Source of the DNA: Thermodesulfobacteriota bacterium
Lineage (GTDB): Bacteria; Desulfobacterota_D; UBA1144; Nemesobacterales; UBA2774
Direction of reading: 5' to 3'
Assembly: GCA_965216785.1 (NCBI GenBank)
Contig: OZ244197.1
Location: 384,001-448,000, forward strand
Length of the DNA stretch: 64,000 bases
Shown here: one piece after another, positions 11,780 to 22,800 of the stretch
How positions within the stretch are numbered: the stretch's first letter is position 1
Layout: every line of letters begins with the position of its first letter
Notes under the pieces: generated by a model
What the model was told of the DNA's origin: nothing
What the model saw: only the letters and a program-made list of their open reading frames with translations
The model's database searches: none
Translations under genes and position numbers: made by a program

Positions 11780-12241
11780 ATGAAACGCAAGATTAAAGCA
11801 ACACTTAGTTTACTCGTATTATCACTGAGTTTAAATACCGCGGGCGCACTTCCACCCCCATGTACCCAGGATGAGCTACTAGACACATCGGAATACGCGG
11901 TAGAGGGCACAGTGATGAAAGTAGTGTGCTCAGAGCCCTACGATTCTAACGAGTGCAAGCCCGGGGCGGATGAAAAAGTTGTATTTGTGCCAGAGCTCTT
12001 TTCAAACTGCGCAGCCACGATACTGGTCTCTAAAAACCTAAAAGGCAGCCACGAAGCGGGAGAAAAAGTTGTGATTCCTTACGTGCGGGTCGCTAGGGCG
12101 TGCAGCGGAGGCACTCATATAATTCCGGGCAGTCCGACCAGCGAGCTTAGTATCGGGACCGTTATCAAATACTATAAATCCGAGCAGTGCAGGTACTGGA
12201 ATATAGAGAAGATTGAGGAGCCTGCTTCTACACAGGAGTAA
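11780..12241 (+). CDS. Secreted Cys-rich hypothetical protein (TIMP/NTR-like OB fold suspected)
   Basis: Signal peptide ending AGA, 6 Cys, pattern ELLDTSEYAVEGTVMKV...VSKNLKG. Confidence 0.55.
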   Translation: MKRKIKATLSLLVLSLSLNTAGALPPPCTQDELLDTSEYAVEGTVMKVVCSEPYDSNECKPGADEKVVFVPELFSNCAATILVSKNLKGSHEAGEKVVIPYVRVARACSGGTHIIPGSPTSELSIGTVIKYYKSEQCRYWNIEKIEEPASTQE

Positions 12242-12315
12242 CTGCCGGGACCTCATACTATCAGCAGTCCGATCAATATTACCGATTTCATTTTTACTAA
12301 AATTTTAGAGAAATT

Positions 12316-13902
12316 ATGGCACTCACTCCGTTTGAACTTGAAATTTTCCAGAATATCCTAAGCTCTATCGCTGAAGAAATGGGGATGCTATTAATAAGAG
12401 CAGGGTTCTCCCCTAACATAAAAGAGCGGAGAGACCTGTCGTGCGCGATCTTTAATGCCAAGGGAGACATGATAGCGCAGGCCGCACATATACCCATACA
12501 CCTGGGCTCAATGGGGTTTGCCGTAAAGGCTGTACTCGATGAGCCGGATATGCAGCCGGGGGACGTTTATATACTAAACGACCCGTTCAGAGGCGGTACA
12601 CACCTGCCTGACGTAACCTGTATTAAGCCGGTATATTCGAAAGGGAAAATAGTATTTTTCGTAGCAAGCAGGGCACACCACGCCGACATCGGCGGCATCA
12701 CACCGGGTTCGATGCCCGTATCTACCACAGTTGAGGAAGAAGGAATCCTTATCCCACCTTCAAAGCTCTATACAAAAAACAGATTGAACAAAAAGCTGTT
12801 TAATAAGATCCTTAACAGCACGCGCGACCCTGAGGAAAGAGAAGGTGATTTCAACGCGCAAGTAGGCGCTCTTGATCTGGGCGAGAAGAGGCTCACTGAG
12901 ACTATAGGTAAATACTCGCTGAACCACCTGCTTGAGGCAGGAGAGGAGCTTCTTAACTATAGCGAGAAGATAATGAAAGAAGTAATAAGGGCCATCCCGG
13001 ACGGCGTTTACAGTTTTCAGGATGTCATGGATGACGACGGCGCAGGGACCCGGAAAATTCCTTTAAAAGTAAAAATAACTATTAAGGGGAGCCGCGCAGA
13101 GGTGGATTTCAGAGAAAGCTCTCCGCCTGTGAAAGGTAACCTGAACGCCCCTTACAGCGTAACGACCGCAGCGACTATATATGTGTTTCAATGCCTTGCT
13201 CCAAAGGAGCTTCCTCTTAATTCGGGGCCTCTCAGGGTGGTGAAGATTATCGTTGACGATCAATCGATTTTAAACGCCAAGTTTCCAAGAGCGGTCGTGG
13301 GAGGAAACGTCGAAACCTCACAGCGAGTTGTAGATGTAGTGTTCGGCGCGCTTTCAAAAGCCGTGCCCGAGAAGGTGCCCGCGGCAAGCGCTGGATCTAT
13401 GAGTAATATCGCATTTGGGGGAATTAACCCAAGAACCGGACGGATATACGCTTATTATGAAACCATAGCTGGGGGAATGGGGGCGCGTCCAGGGATAGAC
13501 GGGGTGAGCGCTGTTCAGACCCATATGACAAACACACTTAACACGCCGGTTGAAGCGCTGGAGCGGGAGCTTCCGGTGATGATCCGCTCCTATACGATCA
13601 GGAGACGGAGCGGGGGCGCAGGAACGTACAAAGGCGGAGACGCCATTGTGCGCGAGTTTAAATTCCTCAAAAAAGCTACCGTATCTCTTATAACCGAGAG
13701 AAGAAGATTCTCTCCCTACGGCTTAACGGACGGAAAGCACGGGAAAAGAGGAAAGAACAGCTTAATTGTAAGAAATAAAGTAACGAAGCTGCCCCCAAAG
13801 TGCACATTTGAGGTGAAAAAAGGGGATATTATTAGTATTGAAACTCCCGGCGGCGGAGGCTGGGGCGGCAAACCCTGTAAAAACCCAGGACAAAGTGGAT
13901 GA
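12316..13902 (+). CDS. Hydantoinase B / 5-oxoprolinase family protein
   Basis: NIKERRDLSCA, HIPIHLGSM, NDPFRGGTHLPD, RAHHADIGG, ETPGGGGWG. Confidence 0.93.
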   Translation: MALTPFELEIFQNILSSIAEEMGMLLIRAGFSPNIKERRDLSCAIFNAKGDMIAQAAHIPIHLGSMGFAVKAVLDEPDMQPGDVYILNDPFRGGTHLPDVTCIKPVYSKGKIVFFVASRAHHADIGGITPGSMPVSTTVEEEGILIPPSKLYTKNRLNKKLFNKILNSTRDPEEREGDFNAQVGALDLGEKRLTETIGKYSLNHLLEAGEELLNYSEKIMKEVIRAIPDGVYSFQDVMDDDGAGTRKIPLKVKITIKGSRAEVDFRESSPPVKGNLNAPYSVTTAATIYVFQCLAPKELPLNSGPLRVVKIIVDDQSILNAKFPRAVVGGNVETSQRVVDVVFGALSKAVPEKVPAASAGSMSNIAFGGINPRTGRIYAYYETIAGGMGARPGIDGVSAVQTHMTNTLNTPVEALERELPVMIRSYTIRRRSGGAGTYKGGDAIVREFKFLKKATVSLITERRRFSPYGLTDGKHGKRGKNSLIVRNKVTKLPPKCTFEVKKGDIISIETPGGGGWGGKPCKNPGQSG

Positions 13903-13911
13903 GCTCTACAT

Positions 13912-15138
13912 ATGAAACTGCCTAAACTAAACCCGATAGAAGCATTTCCCGTTGAGTACGAGGGTCAGGAGCTGATATGCCTGAGAGACCCTTATAACGT
14001 AAGCGATAGGATACTTTACGTCTCCCCCGAGACATTATATATTCTGGGGATGTTTGACGGTGAGCATTCGGTAAGTGACGTGCAAAAAGAGATTCAGGAC
14101 AAGTTCGGTCAGCACGTAAACTCAGAGGATATTGAAAGCTTAATAGATCAGATGGACGAAGCTCTATTTCTCGACAGTGAGAAGTTCGCTGATTTTAAGG
14201 CTAATCTCGAATCTAGTTTCAATGACTCGCCGATGCGCGCTCCGAACCATGCCGGGCTCTCCTACCCTGAAGATCCGGGTGAGCTAAGGGAATGGATTGC
14301 GGGTTTCTTAAATAGCGCGGAGGAATCAAAACCCTACGAAGGCGCTCAAAGAAATGTTAAAGGGATTATCTCACCCCATATCGATTTCTCAAGAGGCGGT
14401 AAATCCTATGCGCTGGCGTATAGAGAGCTTTTGCAGGACTCAGGCGCGGACACCTATATAATATTCGGCACGTCCCATTACGCAGAGGTTGATAACCCCT
14501 ATATCTTGACCAGAAAATACTTTGATACTCCCCTTGGGCGCGCGCAAACGGATACGGAGATAGTGGACAGAATTAGCGATAGCTGCCCCTGGGATGTATT
14601 TCAGGGAGAGATATCTCACAGAACCGAGCATTCGATCGAATTCCAGGTGGCGTTTCTGCAGTATTTTTTAAATAAAGAGACAGAATTTAAGATTGTCCCG
14701 ATATTATGTAATTCATTCCATAGACTAATTGAGCAAGGCAAGTCCCCGAATGAGGATGAAAGGATAGAGTTATTCCTTAGCCGCGTAAAAGATATCATAG
14801 CTGAGCTGGGAGACAGGTCGTTTATCATCGCCGGGGCGGACATGGCGCATGTCGGGCCTAAGTTCGGAGACCCTGAAGAGGTAAATGACGGCACATTAAA
14901 CATTATTAAGGAAAGAGATTTGCTTAGCCTAGAGCACTGTGAGAACCTGGACGCGGAAGGGTTTTACCGCTCTGTTGAACAAGAAAAAGACTGGAGGAAA
15001 ATCTGCGGGCTCTCGCCTATCTATTCACTCTTAAGCACAGCAGGCGTTAGCAGTGGAAAGATTCTTGACTATGATCAGGCGCTTGAGCCAGATACGGGGT
15101 CTGTGGTGAGCTTTGCGAGCGCAGCCTTTTATAAATAA
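13912..15138 (+). CDS. MEMO1 / AmmeMemoRadiSam protein B family with N-terminal PqqD/RRE-like domain
   Basis: AGLSYP, SPHID, GTSH, EHSIEFQ, ADMAHVG and ICG motifs, plus an extra ~90-aa N-terminal domain. Confidence 0.88.
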   Translation: MKLPKLNPIEAFPVEYEGQELICLRDPYNVSDRILYVSPETLYILGMFDGEHSVSDVQKEIQDKFGQHVNSEDIESLIDQMDEALFLDSEKFADFKANLESSFNDSPMRAPNHAGLSYPEDPGELREWIAGFLNSAEESKPYEGAQRNVKGIISPHIDFSRGGKSYALAYRELLQDSGADTYIIFGTSHYAEVDNPYILTRKYFDTPLGRAQTDTEIVDRISDSCPWDVFQGEISHRTEHSIEFQVAFLQYFLNKETEFKIVPILCNSFHRLIEQGKSPNEDERIELFLSRVKDIIAELGDRSFIIAGADMAHVGPKFGDPEEVNDGTLNIIKERDLLSLEHCENLDAEGFYRSVEQEKDWRKICGLSPIYSLLSTAGVSSGKILDYDQALEPDTGSVVSFASAAFYK

Positions 15139-15142
15139 CACT

Positions 15143-16096
15143 ATGTCTAAAAAATTCACAATCCTGGACGCGCACGAAGATATAGCCTTTCACCTAAACT
15201 ACTTTAAGAGAAGCTTTGTAAATCCCGAAGTGCCTAGCATGATTACACTCCCTGCTCTCAAAGAGGGAAACGTCAAGCTCGTATTCAACACGATTTTTGT
15301 CCCGCCCAAACAAAAGCCTGACAATACGGTGAAATCCGCCATGGACCAGCTGGCTACTTACGAAAAACTATATAGTGATTACGAACAGGATGTATACCAA
15401 GTTTTGAGACCTGGTGATATTGAGAATCTGGACGAAAATCCGAGGATAGGGTTTCTGACTCTCATGGAAGGTGCCGACCCGATTGAGGAGCCGGACAAGC
15501 TGGGGATGTTCTATGATAGGGGAGTCAGAGTCATCGGGCTTGCCTGGAATGATAAGAACAGCTACGCCTCCGGTAACGACACGGAGGACGGGCTTTCAGA
15601 AATGGGCAGCGAACTGATTATGCGAATGAACGAGCTTGGAGTTACGCTCGATCTGTCGCACCTTAACCAAAGATGCTTCTGGGACTCGATAGAGCTTACA
15701 GAGCTAATACCGATAGCCACTCATTCCAATTCAAGAGCATTGACCGATCATCCGAGAAACTTAAATGACGATCAGCTAAGAGCTATATCAGAGCGCGGAG
15801 GTGTGGTAGGTATAGTTCTGTACAACCTTTTCCTTAAGACTACCGAAAAAGCACCGACACTGGAGGATGTTTACGCCCATGCCGACTACATGATAGGGGT
15901 TATGGGAGAGGACCATGTGGGGATAGGAAGCGATATGGACGGGGCGAGGATCGAGGATTTCCCCGAAGGGCTGAAATCCATAGACAAGCTTCAGAGTATC
16001 GCAGAGTTTTTTATAGCTAAGGGTTATAGCGAGAGCCGAGTAAGAAAAATCATGAGCGAGAACTTTATGAGGGTAATGGAAAAAAACCTCAGATAA
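15143..16096 (+). CDS. Membrane dipeptidase family (peptidase M19)
   Basis: DAHED, MEGA, DLSH, ATHSN, HPRNL, GIGSDMDG. No signal peptide. Confidence 0.93.
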   Translation: MSKKFTILDAHEDIAFHLNYFKRSFVNPEVPSMITLPALKEGNVKLVFNTIFVPPKQKPDNTVKSAMDQLATYEKLYSDYEQDVYQVLRPGDIENLDENPRIGFLTLMEGADPIEEPDKLGMFYDRGVRVIGLAWNDKNSYASGNDTEDGLSEMGSELIMRMNELGVTLDLSHLNQRCFWDSIELTELIPIATHSNSRALTDHPRNLNDDQLRAISERGGVVGIVLYNLFLKTTEKAPTLEDVYAHADYMIGVMGEDHVGIGSDMDGARIEDFPEGLKSIDKLQSIAEFFIAKGYSESRVRKIMSENFMRVMEKNLR

Positions 16097-16112
16097 CAGA
16101 ATGCATATACCT

Positions 16113-16148
16113 TTATGTGATCCTCAACTCTTATGTGATCCTCAACTC
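16113..16148. repeat. Perfect 18-bp tandem duplication
   Basis: TTATGTGATCCTCAACTC twice, between convergent genes. Confidence 0.9.
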
Positions 16149-16165
16149 TTTATTCAACAACATAG

Positions 16166-17194
16166 CTATGAGTCATCCATGTTTTCAACGATAACGTCGG
16201 CAAACTCCTGAGTGCCAAGATTTCCGCCCAGGTCGCGCGTAGTCATACCTTGCTCAAGGGCCTTATTATAAGCCTGCTTAATCTTCTGCGCTGAGGCTCT
16301 GAAGTCCTCCCTGCCCTCTGTATCCGAAAGGTGGTTAAGCATCATTACCGCCGACATCAGAAGCGCAAGCGGGTTTGCGATATTCTTACCCGCTATATCG
16401 GGGGCTGAGCCATGAACCGCTTCAAACACAGCTTCCCGCTCGCCGATGTTTGCCCCCGGCACTACGCCCAGGCCGCCGACGAGCCCGGCAGTGAGGTCGC
16501 TGATGAGATCGCCGTATAGGTTCTCAAGCAAGAGCACATCGAAACGGCCAGGGTCCTGAACAAGCTTCATGCACCCCGCGTCGATGATGACCTCTTCGTA
16601 TTCGATATCTTTGTAGTCCTGGCTGACTTCACGGGACTTTCTTATAAAGAGCCCGTCCGTGAGCTTCATAATATTGGCTTTGTGAAATACGCTCACTTTC
16701 CTGCGCCCCCTGTGCCTGGCATATTCAAAAGCCCACTTTGAAATCCTGTAACATGCCTTTTCGGTCGCAACTTTCATGCTCATTACAACACCTGGAGTAA
16801 TGGTATTCTCGACTCCGCTGTAAAGACCCTCGGTGTTCTCTCGTATTACAGCGAGGTCCACCCCTGAAAAACGTGTATTAACGCCGCTGAGATTCCTGAC
16901 CGGTCTGACCGCGGCGTAAAGGTCCAGCACTTTACGGAGCTGAACGTTTACAGAGGTAAAGCCTTCTCCAATGGGGGTCGTGCACGGGCCTTTTAACGCG
17001 ACCTTGTGCTCTTTAATGGCATCAATTGTTTTCTCGGGGAGGACATCCTCATCTTCTTCAAGCGCCCCCAAACCAGCGTTTCTCTCTACCCACTCAATCT
17101 TCGCGCCTGACGCTACTATGACTTTTTTTACCGCGGCTGTGATGTTAGGTCCGATGCCGTCGCCCGGAATAAGCACAATTTTACGTTTTTCCAT
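16166..17194 (-). CDS. Isocitrate/isopropylmalate dehydrogenase family, probably NAD-dependent isocitrate dehydrogenase
   Basis: IPGDGIGP, LKGPCTTP, SVNVQLRK, HKANIMK, NLYGDLISD, EAVHGSAPDIAG. Start moved to ATG 17194. Confidence 0.9.
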   Translation of the reverse strand: MEKRKIVLIPGDGIGPNITAAVKKVIVASGAKIEWVERNAGLGALEEDEDVLPEKTIDAIKEHKVALKGPCTTPIGEGFTSVNVQLRKVLDLYAAVRPVRNLSGVNTRFSGVDLAVIRENTEGLYSGVENTITPGVVMSMKVATEKACYRISKWAFEYARHRGRRKVSVFHKANIMKLTDGLFIRKSREVSQDYKDIEYEEVIIDAGCMKLVQDPGRFDVLLLENLYGDLISDLTAGLVGGLGVVPGANIGEREAVFEAVHGSAPDIAGKNIANPLALLMSAVMMLNHLSDTEGREDFRASAQKIKQAYNKALEQGMTTRDLGGNLGTQEFADVIVENMDDS

Positions 17195-17291
17195 AAGGAA
17201 TATTGAACCCAGTGTAATAATAATTGGCAAATGGCGAGCATCGCCGGAATACAGAGTCTCTCATAACTACATAAAGAGAACCCCTAGGGGT

Positions 17292-17975
17292 CTATCCCTT
17301 CTGTATTGCTTTTGCGGTATATAAACTGACCAGCCGCGCTATCAGAACGGCTATGAACAGCTGTCCCGCCAGGGCTTCGAGGACCGATAGAATCCTTCCA
17401 AGAGGGGTTATGGATGTAATATCACCGTATCCCAGGGTGCTTAAGGTGGTGTAGCTGTAATATACGAGCTCATTCGTATTTATATCACCCGTAAGGCCGA
17501 GCCTTTCGGAAACGAATACAGCGCCCGGAGACAGATATTCGATACTTCCGTAGATTGTGACCCAAAGGAGCCCCAAAATTAAATACAAACACACAGCGCC
17601 GTAAAGAGTATCCTGGGTAATATCCTTGGCTTTTAGGATATGGTTAAGGAGGATAGTCGTGACAAAGAAGAAATAAAGGATGCTCGCGAATATACTTTGT
17701 GTGGAGCTTGCGAAAATCCAGTCGGTAAAAACCCAGGGCATTCCCAATATGAGAAGTATTATGATGGTTTTCTTGTTTCTGCCTATTGCATATACCCCAA
17801 GCAAGAATACAACGTTGCTCGCGATATTTATTACATAATAACCGTATTTGACCCCTTCCAGCACCGCAGAGAGTATCAAGAGCAAGATGATCGATACCAT
17901 AAAGTTAAACATTTTATATTTAGTAGAGCTTAGAATTATGTGTACGGAGCCTGAAGACTGCTTGTCCCTATTCAT
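17292..17975 (-). CDS. Potassium channel family protein (Ion_trans_2)
   Basis: Filter TLSTLGYGDI and several transmembrane helices. Confidence 0.88.
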   Translation of the reverse strand: MNRDKQSSGSVHIILSSTKYKMFNFMVSIILLLILSAVLEGVKYGYYVINIASNVVFLLGVYAIGRNKKTIIILLILGMPWVFTDWIFASSTQSIFASILYFFFVTTILLNHILKAKDITQDTLYGAVCLYLILGLLWVTIYGSIEYLSPGAVFVSERLGLTGDINTNELVYYSYTTLSTLGYGDITSITPLGRILSVLEALAGQLFIAVLIARLVSLYTAKAIQKG

Positions 17976-18125
17976 TTGTTCCCTCCAAGGTTCATTTGCT
18001 TAAGAAGTAATATGAGATTATAGCATTTAGAGAGGAAATGTTCATACCGACGGAGTTTGAACTCCGGTATAAGAATCATGGATATTTATAAAGGAATGCT
18101 TTGAAGAAGCTTACATAGCTGTTGA

Positions 18126-18971
18126 CTATCCGTCAGATAGCGTGCATCCTGCCGTATCCACGGTTGCCGTCCCGCTTATGTTTACCGCGCTCCTGCCGCC
18201 GCTTATCGTGCAGTTGTTATTCTGCGGGTCTATGATTACCGTTGAGTTCCCCGCGGCATTAATCCCGAACTGATTTACCGATTCGATCAGCACGCTGTTA
18301 TTTACTGGGTTTGAAGACTCACCTATTTCAACGAAGGACTCATTTAAAGTTATAACTGCGTCTCTATTGGCTCTTAGAATAATCCCCTCGTCGGCTTCAA
18401 TAACGACTGATCCCGAATCCTGGGTGCGCACACCCTCGCGGCAGTCGGTAATGTCGACACTCTTGACTCGTATAGCTGCCGAGCTCGACCCCGTGGAAAT
18501 GATGCAGTCCCCGCCGTTACCATCCATGATGAAATCTATAAGTGATTCATTGAGTGTAAACTGGCTGTCGTTTCGAACAAAAAACGGGTCTTGAAAGACC
18601 TGCCAGCTATCTATTATGATAAGCGTCGGGTTTTGCTGGAGGGTAAATTCCATTACTATAGTGCTGTTGTCGGTGACTCTGATGTTAGCCCTCTCCGCGT
18701 CAAACGTGCTGGATTCGAACCTGAGCGTTACGTTTCCTGTAAAAGAGCGGAACCTGAGAGTAAAATCACCGCTGCTGTCTGTAGTAGTTCTATCGAGCCT
18801 CGAGCTGTCTTCTGTGACTGTGACGGTAAAAGTGCCGAATAGACCGAAATTGGTAATAGACCCGTTAAGTACTATATTCCCGCTTCCGTCTCCTGTGTTA
18901 CAACCAGAAATGATAAAAAAGGAAAGAATCGTGACGAATACACAAAGAGCTGTACTTTTATACATCACCAT
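18126..18971 (-). CDS. Hypothetical lipoprotein (beta-sandwich plus right-handed beta-helix-like repeats)
   Basis: Lipobox ISGC, TTTDSSGDFTL motif, repeated G-I/V-x-x-x-G-x-S strands. Confidence 0.6.
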   Translation of the reverse strand: MVMYKSTALCVFVTILSFFIISGCNTGDGSGNIVLNGSITNFGLFGTFTVTVTEDSSRLDRTTTDSSGDFTLRFRSFTGNVTLRFESSTFDAERANIRVTDNSTIVMEFTLQQNPTLIIIDSWQVFQDPFFVRNDSQFTLNESLIDFIMDGNGGDCIISTGSSSAAIRVKSVDITDCREGVRTQDSGSVVIEADEGIILRANRDAVITLNESFVEIGESSNPVNNSVLIESVNQFGINAAGNSTVIIDPQNNNCTISGGRSAVNISGTATVDTAGCTLSDG

Positions 18972-19096
18972 ATCCTCCTGCTCGATTTGTATAACACCCT
19001 CTTATCTAACCAGCATAAGTAATAATTTATGGAAAGTAAAGCCGGAAATTACTACAGGAAAATCAGTCTGAAAAGATGAGTTTTGAGACAGGAGGC

Positions 19097-19143
19097 AAAA
19101 AAACCTCCGGGCATCCTCTCTAAATTATGAGAATGCCCGGGGA
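19097..19143 (-). terminator. Intrinsic terminator after the YdbL-like gene
   Basis: CCGGGCAT...ATGCCCGG stem followed by a T-run on the minus strand. Confidence 0.75.
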
Positions 19144-19165
19144 TTTTATAAGTTTTAAGTAAATG

Positions 19166-19834
19166 CTATCTCTCGCTTTTTCTAACACTCGCGAACTGCC
19201 TTCCGGCCTCCGGGAGCACTTTATCTATATTCTCTTGCGTGGGCTCAAGGTTATTGATCTCGACTATGGCCCTCGCCATTCCTCTGATAATTACCCTGCG
19301 GTCGGCGTTCTCCGCGCTAAAAGCCTGCTGCTGTGAGGACGTGAGGTTGCCAGCTTTTACCAACAGCCCCAGGTTGCCCTCTCTGACCAGCCCGTCATTG
19401 AGCATCGCGTTAATAACATTCTTACGTTTGGCTCTGCTTTTATAGGCGTTAATGACCTCGGGCATGCTTCGAATTTTCTCAGTGATTTGTCCCGAGATAT
19501 TCCCCTGAGCCCAGGCATAGTCGCCAAAATCGAGCGTTACTTTATTTCTAAGTACAATTACTTTTGTCTCCGATTTGAGCGTAGGTTCTTCCTGGTATTT
19601 GATGCTGCTCTCAGGGGCTGGAGTGGGTTTTACAGCTTCTCCGTCCGAAGGCTCGGTGTCTTCAGCAGCATTTGCTTCGTCTTCTAGCAGGAACTCTTCC
19701 TCAAGGCTTGAGTAGGCGTCCCTTACTTCTTCTGCGGGGAAGTACACGTTTACTGTAATAGTCGCGCACGATACGAGGTAAAAACATAACGTGAGAGGTA
19801 AAAAATAAAGCGCTCTAAATATTGAATTTCCCAT
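19166..19834 (-). CDS. Lipoprotein, YnbE-like N-terminus plus YdbL/DUF1318-like domain
   Basis: Lipobox VSC then ATITVNVYFPAEEV. C-terminal GLVREGNLGLL and AENADRR. Confidence 0.75.
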   Translation of the reverse strand: MGNSIFRALYFLPLTLCFYLVSCATITVNVYFPAEEVRDAYSSLEEEFLLEDEANAAEDTEPSDGEAVKPTPAPESSIKYQEEPTLKSETKVIVLRNKVTLDFGDYAWAQGNISGQITEKIRSMPEVINAYKSRAKRKNVINAMLNDGLVREGNLGLLVKAGNLTSSQQQAFSAENADRRVIIRGMARAIVEINNLEPTQENIDKVLPEAGRQFASVRKSER

Positions 19835-19847
19835 TGATTTGCCTCCT

Positions 19848-22800
19848 TTAATTCGTTTCTATTGTGGGCCCTCCTGTGAGCGCCCTTTTGGCCAGCTCCC
19901 TGATTACAGAGATTAAATGACTTATCGATATAGAGTTCTGTCTGGGATCGGCCTGTATATTCAGGTTTTTGAAACCCAATATTGAGTTTGAAATATTAAA
20001 CTCTTTAAACGTTATAACACCGTCATTAATATAACCAGAAATATCCCCTTTATCATAACCCCTGGATGAGCCGAGTATAAGCCTCTCTCTGGCGCCCAGC
20101 TTATCCAGTAGAGCCTCGCCTACCTTTCTCTGCTCTTTCGGTGAATTGGTTGCCCAGAATTTAAAGGGGCCGTCTATAGTATTTAAATCGCCGCCTTCCC
20201 CAGTGATCCAGGCAAGGCCGTTCACCCTTCCCGTTATGTAGTCTTTTTCGGATGAAATGCTTTTTGATATCGCCTCTAGACTGATCTCGTCGAATAAAAA
20301 AGAAATATTGTAGTTACCGTTTCCCTGAAAATAGTAGATACCGGCTCCGTATAAACCACCTCTATAAATCTTGGATGTGAGTTTTTTCAGGTTTATTTCA
20401 CCTCTGTCCACTTCGAGCTGGCAGTCGATGTCCTCGATTTTAATTATGCCGTAGTTAAGCTCGCCGATTTTCAGATAATCTGAGTCTTGAGATGTGTCAA
20501 AATCCTTTACGGAGCGGAGGAATTTTTTATATATGGATTTATTGAGTTTGAGTTGATCCCCCATGAAAGAGCTAAGAGGGTTTTCGGAATCGGCATCGTC
20601 CTTTATTGTGATAGTACCGTAAACCTCTTTTATTCTAAGCTCGGTACCCGAGAGCTTCCCTGTATATGCCCCGCGGAGAACCCTGAGCCTGCCGCCCCAT
20701 GTTTGGTTAGGATAGAAGAGGTTGTATAACACCAGCTCAAGATCGGCTTGCCCCTGTGTCTTGGCATTTGCCGCAGACTCAGGCAAAAAGGGCCGCAAGA
20801 CATTCATTGCAACCGGTATTTGAATACCCGGTATACTGAGCTCCAGCTGCCTTTCTTCATTAAGTGAATTTGTCATTTTCCCGGTAAATCCTAGCTCCAT
20901 TGAGTCCTTACCCACTATAAACCCCTTTTCTATAAATAAGGTTTCACCCACTGTCTTTGCGTATAGCTCACCTCTATAGGTATAGCTTGTACCGTTATTA
21001 GTAAGACTTATGCCGTTTGCCGTAAGTTTGCCGCTACCCTCGGGCAGAGAGTTTTGAGGCAAAAGTCCCGTAAAATTAAAATTAGTCTTTGCTATATTCG
21101 CGCTCATACCGCCTGTAGAGAGAGAGGCTCCGCTGAGCTCGATGTCGGTGTCGATCTTAACACGGGGCCCTGTGGTATCGACGTCAATCTTGCCGGCAAG
21201 CGCTCCGTTTGAAAACTCGCCTGTAATATTGTCCAGGACAAGACCGGTTTCATTTGGCGTTACCAAGACCTTAAGATCTTGGATTGGCTGAGATAGCACC
21301 TCGAGCTTTGCGGCTTCGACGCGGCCTTCCCAGTCAATTGCACCCGAGTTGGGATCGTTTATTGTGAAGTCGCCCGAGATAGTATTTGAGGTAACTTTTC
21401 CATCAAGACCCGTGAAGATACTTTCCTTAAATTTAGACAGGAACGGGTAGCCGCCCTGATCTCCCATACGGAGCGTCAGGTCGTCCGTCTCGAACCGCCC
21501 GATCGCGCCTACATCGGCTTTAACTTTGCTTAGCTCGATGAAGTTGCCTAGATATTTATAATCCCACTCGACACTCGGGAACTCTATTGCTTTAAATCTG
21601 CCGCCCTGCCCCTTAACGTGGCCTGAAAACCCGTCTCTCCCGCTGTTTTCTATACTGAAGCTTTCGTTAAACTCAGACAGCGAAATGTCTTTGCCGAGAA
21701 CCTCAAAGTTACTTCCTGTAGATGCCATATTGATAGACCAGTCACTTCCAAGGGTAAGTGAAAACGAGAGCTTTTTTACCCTGCCGTTTTTAACTAGATA
21801 ATCTCCGAATGTAAGACTCTCATAACGTAGCCCCTCGTTTTCAATCGTTATAGTGTCTCTATACACTCCTGCGGAAGCCTCGGTCTTATCTTCAGATAGA
21901 AATTTAAATGCGAGATTTTCTACAGACTCTACCTTCGATAGCTTAAACGCTCTGCCTTTACTCAGGCTCAGGATAACGTCCCCAGCTGTAAAGGATATAT
22001 CCGCATCGTAGTCACCTGAGCCGCCGCCGAAATTTGCAGTCGCCGTCAGAGCAGTGCCCTCGATGTCGAATGGAATGACGCTTTTGGGGGTTTCTTTCAA
22101 ATTTAAATTCTGCCCGGTGAGAAGACCTTTGAGCTTAAAGCCGCCGCCGCTTAAGTCAAAACCCATTGATCCCGAGAGCACACCGTCCATAAAGCTCCCT
22201 TTAAGAGATGAAAGAGAGATATCGGTTTTACTCCAGTTTTCGGTTGCGGAAATTTTTACATCCGATGAAATATCTGCTATTGCTCCTGTCTTTACCCAGT
22301 TGAATGTATCCGCCGCGCACTTTCCGGTTGAAATTATAGGGAAGCTATCACCTATTGTGAGAGTCTGGTTAATTCTTAAATTACAGTTGAGCCCGGATAG
22401 TTCAAGATCTTCTTCAGTCTTTTTATAGTTAAGATCACTGGTGAGAACTTCACCTTTTATAGAGAATTTTCCTTTTTTGCCGGAACCGCTGATTGTTACA
22501 TTCTGGGCTGTCGCACTCCCTGAGATCTCATCCTGCTCTAAACTCGGCAGTAAATTCTTGAGCGCGCTCAGGTCTTTAGCTTCGGCGGATCCGTTGATAT
22601 TGATTATCACATCCTCTTCTTTGACATCGGCGCTTCCTGTGAAGCTGCCCTCCATGAGTCCGTTTATGCTCAGATCGAGTTTTTCAAGAGCGGCGGTTTG
22701 TAGAGACGGGTTATATTGCAGATCATAGTCGATCATAAGCGCGGATTCTGCCGAGTCCGCCCTTTTATCCAGGGGGTTTACGCTCATCAGTCCGTATGCA

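Noticed and set aside
16113-16148. Possible mini-CRISPR
   Set aside because: Only two abutting 18-bp copies, with no spacer and no cas genes.
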